A DNA stretch of 11,552 nucleotides. It comes from an uncultured bacterium. Lineage in GTDB: Bacteria; Hydrothermota; UBA3073; NMUJ01. Position numbers and translations under genes: made by a program. Of the stretch, positions 1 to 6,078 are shown piece after piece; positions within the stretch are counted from its first letter, which is position 1; the number at the start of each line of letters is the position of its first letter. The stretch covers positions 1-11,552 of the forward strand of contig CBFDTI010000038.1 of NCBI GenBank assembly GCA_965612795.1, given 5' to 3'. Below the pieces are notes generated by a model. It did not search any database and was not told where the DNA came from. It worked only from the letters and a program-made list of their open reading frames with translations.

Positions 1-237
1 GGAACAGAATTTCAAGCTCTCAGAGAAATTATCGGTGGAGATCCAAATGCACTTAAATTATATCAATCATTCCGTGACCCTCACAGTTCTTTTGATATTT
101 CTTCTCGTCAATACGCTTTTATGACGGTTGGACCTGTTTCACCATTGTCTTTTGCCGGAACTCCACTCTTTTTCACTGCTTTTAACACCCCTGATGAATT
201 TTTGGAGACAAATAATTTAAATATTCCAAGAAAATGA
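1..237 (+). CDS. 3' end of hypothetical protein (5'-truncated by window edge), probable integron cassette ORF
   Basis: Frame +1 is open for 78 codons from position 1 (GTEFQALREIIGGDPNALK...NNLNIPRK) to TGA at 235-237. It is AT-rich and its stop lies 19 nt before the R'' box of the attC-like site. Not in the supplied ORF track. Confidence 0.55.
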   Translation, partial: GTEFQALREIIGGDPNALKLYQSFRDPHSSFDISSRQYAFMTVGPVSPLSFAGTPLFFTAFNTPDEFLETNNLNIPRK

Positions 238-256
238 ATAAAATGCCTGCCACTTC

Positions 257-330
257 ATATAACAAGCAGGTATGGTTCACAATCGCTCATCTAACTCTTG
301 TGGGCTTCGTATGTCCGCTAACCGTTAAGT
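257..330 (+). mobile_element. attC-like integron cassette recombination site
   Basis: R''-like ATATAAC at 257-263 (one mismatch to RYYYAAC) and perfect R' GTTAAGT at 324-330 (GTTRRRY). Imperfect inner inverted repeat: AGC-A-GG / CC-GCT with an unpaired base, and GTTCACAA / TTGTGGGC with G:T pairs. 74 bp long, between two co-oriented AT-rich ORFs. Confidence 0.65.
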
Positions 331-453
331 TAAATGCCGCCGTCGCCTTGGAAAGATTTAAAATATCAAAATTCAAAGGTGGGACGAAAGATGGACGAGA
401 AGAAGCGATATAGACACAATAATGGATTTGAAAACGAAGGAAAAACTTTGACA

Positions 454-1146
454 ATGGATATAAACGAAATGCTGCACGTGATGGCAGATAGCTTTCGGAA
501 TAAGATAGACAAAGATTTTAGTTTGATAGTGCAGCTTGATGTAGAAGATAAAAAAGCATCTTGGCATATAGTGATTGAAAATAAGAAAGTAATCGTTAGG
601 AAGGGACCACATGACGAGGCTCACTTTATTCTTGCCACTAATACCAATACATTGCGTCAAATTTACAGCGGTGAGATAACCGCAATGACAGCAGCCGCAA
701 AAGCAAAGAGTTACGATCATGCACCTTTGAGTTGGAAGTTACCCGATAACGTGAAACCTACTCCCGAGATCATGGCGAAGTTTTATTTCTTTATTCAGCA
801 TTTCTTTAATTGGAAAGTACCTGAAAAGATTGTGTTGGAAGAAAAACATTCTCGTGCTGTCCATGGTGGACATGCAATCCCCCTATATTATTATCCAGGA
901 TTTAGAAGTGCTTGGTACTTGTTGAGAAAAGGGGAGAAACTTAATGAGCCCGGCGATACAGATCCATTTCCTCAAGCATTAATTTTTATAGAAGGTGAAG
1001 GTTTTGCCAAGATCGGAAACAAAACGATCAAGGTAAAAGCAGGCGAATCTTATTATATTCCACCGAACTCAGATCATGTTGTCTGGACCAATAGTGATAA
1101 ACCGTTAGTCTTCATATGGCTTGCGTGGGGGAGGGAGCTTAAATAA
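454..1146 (+). CDS. SCP2-like sterol/lipid-binding domain fused to C-terminal cupin domain
   Basis: N-half has an SCP2-type pattern (IVQLDVE..WHIVIENKKVIVRKG..EAHFIL...TLRQIYSGEITAMTA). C-half has cupin motifs (IFIEGEGFAKIGNKTIKVKAGESYYIPPNSDHVV). Start uncertain: ATG454 preferred, ATG391 possible, ATG334 abuts the attC and is unlikely. Confidence 0.75.
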   Translation: MDINEMLHVMADSFRNKIDKDFSLIVQLDVEDKKASWHIVIENKKVIVRKGPHDEAHFILATNTNTLRQIYSGEITAMTAAAKAKSYDHAPLSWKLPDNVKPTPEIMAKFYFFIQHFFNWKVPEKIVLEEKHSRAVHGGHAIPLYYYPGFRSAWYLLRKGEKLNEPGDTDPFPQALIFIEGEGFAKIGNKTIKVKAGESYYIPPNSDHVVWTNSDKPLVFIWLAWGRELK

Positions 1147-1250
1147 AAGTACGCAATTTTAAATCTTGCAAAGCCACTGGTAGAGACACTTGTAGATAGC
1201 ACCAGAAGGTGGATTATAAAACGTTTTAAGTGGGGCAGTAAGGACGATAA

Positions 1251-1299
1251 ATACCAACTATACTGGGAATTCCCAGCTATATACCAATTATATTAAGAA
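1251..1299. repeat. 19-bp imperfect direct repeat (30-bp period) overlapping a 14-bp perfect palindrome
   Basis: ATACCAACTATACTGGGAA (1251-1269) vs ATACCAATTATATTAAGAA (1281-1299) match at 15/19, and all mismatches are transitions. CTGGGAATTCCCAG at 1263-1276 abuts the aminotransferase stop codon. Confidence 0.55.
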
Positions 1300-2515
1300 A
1301 CTTTTGTAGATTATCCTTGAGTTGGTTGATATCTTCCAACGATAGGTTACCAAAGCTGAACCTTAGCCACCCAGGTTTACCACACGCGCTACCAGGTATT
1401 GCACTGAATAGGTGTAGATCCATCGCCTTTTCTATGAACTCCTTATCGCCAAGGTCTACAGTTTCCGGTATTTTCGCAAACGTAAATATTGTACCATCAG
1501 GTGGCCGGTTACCAAAAATTTTGCACCCCACCTCTGTAAGTGCATCCGCGATAGCATCCCTACGGTTTTTGAGCTCCTCCACTATTGGGGTGATGAAGGT
1601 CGGTTCTTTGTTGCCTTTCATCTCGTCGACCTCTCTTTTTATTATCTCCATAACCACATCCTGTCCAGCAGTATTTGGGCACGAGCTTTGACACCTCAGA
1701 AGCTTCTTGATGATGACATCGGTTAGTGTTTTCGATTTAGAGATGACAAATCCCACCCGTAGACCCGGTATGAGGTACTCCTTAGATGCGCTGGTCACCA
1801 CCACGGTTCTGTCTGGTGCATATCTGAGCATCGTATCTGGTTCACCCCTATAACGTATCCTGTTGTATACCTCATCCGAAATAATTATCATGTTGTATCT
1901 CTCCGCTAACTCCGCAAGCTGCTCCATGTTTTGTCGTTCCAACGCTATACCGGATGGGTTGTTGGGTGAATTTATAAGCATCACATTTATGTGTGTGGAC
2001 TTGATGAGCGACTCAAGTTCATCCAACCTAAACGTACCATCCTCATCCACTAATTCAAACCTTATATAGTCACTGCCTGCCTTTGTGATCGTATCGAGGA
2101 AGGTAGGCCAGTGTGGTGACATCAAGATAACCTTACGCCCGTATCCAAAGATTGAGAACAGCAAGAACAATGCTTCCGTTGCACCAGTTGTTACCGCAAC
2201 ATTCTCGTAAGTTAGGTGATCAAGCCTATAAAAGGTTGACCAGAATTCTGCCACCAACTCACGTAATGCAATCTTACCAATAGTGGGACCATAATATACT
2301 TCATAATCCGGCAGTATCCCGATGACTTGCCCGATATCACTACGTATGAAACCCCTATCTGTAGCCGCTATTTTGCTCGCCCTCGATGTGATACTTACTA
2401 TTGGATCTTCACTCAAGACGATGTTTTTGAACCTATCCGACATATGGTTCCATGCGCAATAAAGTAGCGGTGTGATCTCGTCATCTGGATGTTTGATTTT
2501 TTTGAGCACCTCCAT
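1277..2515 (-). CDS. PLP-dependent aminotransferase class I/II (aspartate aminotransferase-like)
   Basis: Motifs YGPTIGKIALRE, VTTGATEAL, NSPNNPSG, ISDEVY, SASKEY(PLP Lys)..GLRVG and C-terminal WLRFSF. Start moved from TTG2566 to ATG2515 because a promoter-like element lies directly upstream of it. Confidence 0.9.
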   Translation of the reverse strand: MEVLKKIKHPDDEITPLLYCAWNHMSDRFKNIVLSEDPIVSITSRASKIAATDRGFIRSDIGQVIGILPDYEVYYGPTIGKIALRELVAEFWSTFYRLDHLTYENVAVTTGATEALFLLFSIFGYGRKVILMSPHWPTFLDTITKAGSDYIRFELVDEDGTFRLDELESLIKSTHINVMLINSPNNPSGIALERQNMEQLAELAERYNMIIISDEVYNRIRYRGEPDTMLRYAPDRTVVVTSASKEYLIPGLRVGFVISKSKTLTDVIIKKLLRCQSSCPNTAGQDVVMEIIKREVDEMKGNKEPTFITPIVEELKNRRDAIADALTEVGCKIFGNRPPDGTIFTFAKIPETVDLGDKEFIEKAMDLHLFSAIPGSACGKPGWLRFSFGNLSLEDINQLKDNLQKFLNIIGI

Positions 2516-2522
2516 CCTTAAT

Positions 2523-2551
2523 AAACTACTTGACTTATAAGCCTTTGTCAA
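2523..2551 (-). promoter_or_regulatory. sigma70-type promoter for the aminotransferase, probably leaderless
   Basis: TTGACA (2551-2546), 17-nt spacer, TAGTTT (2528-2523), 7 nt, then ATG2515. Confidence 0.6.
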
Positions 2552-2639
2552 TAACTGTGGGTACAACCAGCATAGATTTACTGTTTTCCACAGCCACCCT
2601 CTTCAGTATAAATGTTCCTCTCATACTCTACAAGGTAGA

Positions 2640-2692
2640 TTGACCGAACTTTGTTACACATTATTTTTAAGTCCAAATCAGTAACTGGAGGT
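2640..2692 (+). promoter_or_regulatory. putative promoter and Shine-Dalgarno of the icd / Re-citrate synthase operon
   Basis: TTGACC (2640-2645), 16-nt spacer, TATTTT (2662-2667). GGAGGT at 2687-2692 precedes ATG2696. Confidence 0.45.
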
Positions 2693-2695
2693 AAA

Positions 2696-3895
2696 ATGGA
2701 CCGTGAAGCAATTGAGCGTGCCAAGGAACATTTTGGTAAATTATTAGAAGAACAGCTTGCACGCGTCGAACGCCTAAAACAAGAGGAGGATTGGATCGAT
2801 TACACAAAGCTGAAACCCATAATTATCGGCATCGTAGGTGGTGATGGTATCGGCCCATATATCACAAAAGAAGCACATAGGGTGTTGGAGTTCATATTAA
2901 AGGATGATGTCGCCAACGGTAAGATAGAATTTCGTGTAATAGAGGGGTTGACTATTGAGAATCGTGCACGTGTGATGAAAGCCATCCCCGACGATGTGCT
3001 GGAGGAGATTAAGAAATGTCATGTGATATTGAAAGGTCCAACCACCACCCCGAAAAAAGGTGACCCATGGCCGAACATCGAGAGTGCCAACGTAGCGATG
3101 CGACGCGAACTCGACTTATTCGCCAACATACGGCCGGTTAGGGTGCCAAAGGAGGGTATCGATTGGACATTCTTCCGTGAGAACACCGAAGGTGCGTATA
3201 TATTAGGTAGTTGTGGCATAGATGTGACCGACGATCTAGCGATAGACTTTAAGGTTATAACCACACAGGGTAGCGAACGCATAATAAGGATGGCGTTCGA
3301 TTATGCACGTAAGAACGGCATAGATCGTGTAACCGCTGTCACCAAGGCTAACGTGGTGAAACGCACCGATGGCAAGTTCCTGACCGTATTCTATGAGATC
3401 GCCAAGGAGTATCCTGAGATAAAAGCTGACGATTGGTTTATCGACATAATGACGGCGAAGCTGATCGATCCATACCGTAGGAAGGAGTTTAAGGTGTTTG
3501 TTTTACCTAACCTCTACGGTGATATACTCACGGATGAGGCGGCACAGTTTCAGGGTGGTGTAGGTACCGCCGGTAGTGCTAATGTCGGTAAACGCTATGC
3601 AATGTTCGAAGCGATACATGGTACCGCACCCCGTATGGTGCAGGAGGGGCGTGCAATATATGCGGATCCAAGCAGCATCATACGTGCAGCCGCTATGTTG
3701 TTGCGGCATATAGGGTATACTGATGAAGCAAAGCGGTTAGATATGGCACTTGATATATGTGGCCAATATGAAAGAAAGGTAGTTGTCACAGGTAGACCAA
3801 ATGGTGCCACAGGTAGCGAGTTTGCAGATTACTTGATGGCTACATTGAGCGATAAAGAGTTAGAAGCTAAATGGCAATCATATCAAGAGACATAG
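2696..3895 (+). CDS. icd: isocitrate/isopropylmalate dehydrogenase family protein, most likely isocitrate dehydrogenase
   Basis: GDGIGP, LKGPTTTP, SANVAMRRELDLFANIRP (S-x-N-x3-R isocitrate-type pattern), RENTEGAY, KANV, PNLYGDILTD, EAIHGTAP. SD GGAGG before ATG2696. Adjacent to a citrate synthase. Confidence 0.85.
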   Translation: MDREAIERAKEHFGKLLEEQLARVERLKQEEDWIDYTKLKPIIIGIVGGDGIGPYITKEAHRVLEFILKDDVANGKIEFRVIEGLTIENRARVMKAIPDDVLEEIKKCHVILKGPTTTPKKGDPWPNIESANVAMRRELDLFANIRPVRVPKEGIDWTFFRENTEGAYILGSCGIDVTDDLAIDFKVITTQGSERIIRMAFDYARKNGIDRVTAVTKANVVKRTDGKFLTVFYEIAKEYPEIKADDWFIDIMTAKLIDPYRRKEFKVFVLPNLYGDILTDEAAQFQGGVGTAGSANVGKRYAMFEAIHGTAPRMVQEGRAIYADPSSIIRAAAMLLRHIGYTDEAKRLDMALDICGQYERKVVVTGRPNGATGSEFADYLMATLSDKELEAKWQSYQET

Positions 3896-3911
3896 CATAA
3901 AAGGAGGTGTT

Positions 3912-5318
3912 ATGGCGAAGTGGCTTATTAAGAAGGTTGTACCAAAGGGGGTCAAGAAATACGAACTGGTGGAACCACCCGAACCCGACTTCGTACGCGA
4001 TCTCTTCCCATATGTGGAGCCACCGCGGGTGGCGTTTGATGGTGAAACCGTACCTATGGAGCCAGCCGACGAAATATGGATCACTGATACCACGTTTAGG
4101 GATGGCCAACAAGCTATGGAGCCATACACTGTAGAGCAGAAGGTACAGCTGTACAAGTTTCTACACAGGTTAGGTGGCCCCAAAGGTGTCATAAGACAGT
4201 GTGAATTCTTCCTGTACACAAAGAAGGATAGGGAAGCAGTCGACAAGATACGTGCGTTGGGGTATAAGTATCCTGAGGTGACAGGTTGGATACGTGCACA
4301 TCCGAAGGATTTCCAACTTGTGAAGGATATGGGATTAGAAGAGACTGGTATACTCACATCGATATCAGATTACCACATATTTAAGAAGTTTGGTGCCAGC
4401 TCACGCAAGGAGGTGATCGACAAATACCTGAAGATAGTGGATATGGCTGCAGAAGCTGGTCTAAAGGCGATCAGGTGTCATTTTGAGGATATTACACGTG
4501 CCGATTTCTGGGGTGCATGTATACCGTTTGCACAGAAGCTGAAGCAAATATCCGAACAGAGTGGCATGCGTATCAAAATACGTATATGCGATACAATGGG
4601 TTACGGGGTGCCATGGCCAGAGGCAAGCCTACCACGGTCGATACCCAAGATCGTATACTATTTACGTACGGAAGCAGGTTTTGACCCCGAGAACCTTGAG
4701 ATGCACATGCATAACGATTTCCACATGGTGGTAGCTAATTCAGTAGCAGGTTGGCTATACGGAGCATCGGCAGTCAACGGTACGCTGTTGGGGTTTGGCG
4801 AACGTACAGGTAACGCCCCAATAGAAGGTATGATAATGTGGTATATAGGGTTGAAAGGTAGCATGGACGGTATCGATACCACGGTCATAACGGAGATCAA
4901 AGAGTACTATGAAAAAGAGATAGGTGTCACCATACCGGTAAGATATCCGTTTGTGGGTGAATACTTCAATGTAACACGTGCTGGCATACATGCAGACGGT
5001 ATGATAAAGTTCCCTGAGATATACAATATCATGGATACAGAGAAGCTACTCAACCGCCCATATGGTGTGAGCATAACCGATAAGACCGGGGTCGCCGGTA
5101 TCGCCATGTGGATGGAGACTAAAATGGGTGTAAAGGTGGACAAATCCGACAAACGCTTACAGGAGATATACCAGAAGATAATCGCCCAGTACGAAGCAGG
5201 TAGGGTAGCAGCCATGTCAGACAATGAGATAGCAGCCTTTGTTAAAGAACATTTCCCTGAGTATTGGACGGACGAGATAAAGGAACGTCTACGCCGTAAG
5301 GGGATAAGGGTGGATTAA
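3912..5318 (+). CDS. Re-citrate synthase (DRE-TIM metallolyase, isopropylmalate/homocitrate synthase superfamily)
   Basis: WITDTTFRDGQQ, LGGPKGVIRQCEFFLY, YPEVTGWIRA, RCHFEDITRAD, HMHND metal site, GERTGNA, TRAGIHADG. These match my recollection of the clostridial/Syntrophus Re-CS subfamily. Strong SD AAGGAGGT at 3901-3908. Confidence 0.85.
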   Translation: MAKWLIKKVVPKGVKKYELVEPPEPDFVRDLFPYVEPPRVAFDGETVPMEPADEIWITDTTFRDGQQAMEPYTVEQKVQLYKFLHRLGGPKGVIRQCEFFLYTKKDREAVDKIRALGYKYPEVTGWIRAHPKDFQLVKDMGLEETGILTSISDYHIFKKFGASSRKEVIDKYLKIVDMAAEAGLKAIRCHFEDITRADFWGACIPFAQKLKQISEQSGMRIKIRICDTMGYGVPWPEASLPRSIPKIVYYLRTEAGFDPENLEMHMHNDFHMVVANSVAGWLYGASAVNGTLLGFGERTGNAPIEGMIMWYIGLKGSMDGIDTTVITEIKEYYEKEIGVTIPVRYPFVGEYFNVTRAGIHADGMIKFPEIYNIMDTEKLLNRPYGVSITDKTGVAGIAMWMETKMGVKVDKSDKRLQEIYQKIIAQYEAGRVAAMSDNEIAAFVKEHFPEYWTDEIKERLRRKGIRVD

Positions 5319-5391
5319 TCCATACACATAACAGGCATATAGTGTCTGAAACAGAAAAGGTGTAGATTCTAAGAAACTATTTTGTAGAGTA

Positions 5392-6078
5392 TCACGTGGT
5401 ACGTGGACCAAACAGTGCACGTCCGATACGTATCATGTTGGAACCTTCCTCGATAGCTATCTCGAAATCGTCGGACATACCCATCGATAGGTACTTTATA
5501 TGAACATCGACTATATTCAACGCGTTGAGCTTATCACCTATCTGACGTAACGTACGGAATGCAGGTCGCGGATCACCATGTAGTGGCCCTATAGTCATAA
5601 GGCCTTCGACCTTAAGGTTCGGCAGTTCAGCAATTTTACAGACAAAATCGATAGCCTCGTCAGGTGACACCCCATACTTGGTGGGTTCACCGGAGGTGTT
5701 GACTTCAACAAATACGCGTATGGGTGAACTTGCACGTTTGTTAATCTCCTCTGCCAGCTTTAAACTATCTATTGACTGTATGCAGTCAAACAGCTGTAAC
5801 GCTTTCTTCACCTTATTACGTTGAAGGTGACCTATCATATGCCATTCGCCACCCCCCACAAGCGGTTTCTTTTGCAACGCTTCCTGTACACGGTTTTCAC
5901 CTATGATACGTATGCCGAGCTCGAGCGCTATTTTGATCTTTTCCGGTGGCACAGTTTTTGTAGCTGCCACAATCACGATATCGGAAGGTGACCTACCTGC
6001 TTTTTCGGCAGCTTTTGCCACCCTTTCCTTTAAAATCTTGTAGTTATGTTCGATAGTCCTGCGGATATCGGACATCAT
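5392..6078 (-). CDS. yggS: YggS/PLPBP family pyridoxal phosphate homeostasis protein
   Basis: VAATKT (PLP Lys), IGENRVQE, WHMIGHLQRNKVK, EVNTSGEPTKYG, GLMTIGP, LSMGMSDDFEIAIEEGSNMIRIGRALFG. ATGA overlap with the upstream stop codon. Confidence 0.96.
   Translation of the reverse strand: MMSDIRRTIEHNYKILKERVAKAAEKAGRSPSDIVIVAATKTVPPEKIKIALELGIRIIGENRVQEALQKKPLVGGGEWHMIGHLQRNKVKKALQLFDCIQSIDSLKLAEEINKRASSPIRVFVEVNTSGEPTKYGVSPDEAIDFVCKIAELPNLKVEGLMTIGPLHGDPRPAFRTLRQIGDKLNALNIVDVHIKYLSMGMSDDFEIAIEEGSNMIRIGRALFGPRTT

Noticed and set aside
334..453. N-terminal 40 aa of the 270-aa ORF as called from ATG334
   Set aside because: ATG334 is 3 nt after the attC R' box with no SD, the segment overlaps a hairpin, and the domain-like sequence begins at Met454.
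1147..1276. Second attC after the cupin gene
   Set aside because: No RYYYAAC and GTTRRRY pair with complementary arms was found. The ACTTGTAGATAGC...AAACGTTTTAAG resemblance is too weak.
2516..2695. Riboswitch or ncRNA in the divergent intergenic region; also TTG starts at 2566 and 2651
   Set aside because: No recognisable aptamer or stable stems. The TTG extensions overlap promoter-like elements and better ATG starts exist at 2515 and 2696.
373..3810. Small ORFs opposite the cupin, aminotransferase and icd genes (including Cys-rich 373-720)
   Set aside because: They lie fully inside stronger genes on the opposite strand. The Cys cluster is the mirror of Ala/Thr codons.
3867..5224. Alternative ORFs within Re-CS (3878-4357, 3867-4112, 3907-4134, 4658-4900, 4755-4991, 4907-5224)
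   Set aside because: Antisense or off-frame shadows of a well-supported gene, with no motifs.
3912..5318. Annotation as 2-isopropylmalate synthase (leuA) with leuB upstream
   Set aside because: It has RDGQQ and QCEFFLY rather than LeuA-type motifs and no LeuA regulatory domain. The partner has the isocitrate-type S-x-N motif rather than the IPMDH E-x-x-L-L motif.
5319..5391. Intrinsic terminator or attC between convergent Re-CS and yggS (CAGGCAT-ATA-GTGTCTG; ACATAAC)
   Set aside because: The stem is weak with G:T pairs, lacks a following U-tract on either strand, and has no matching GTTRRRY.
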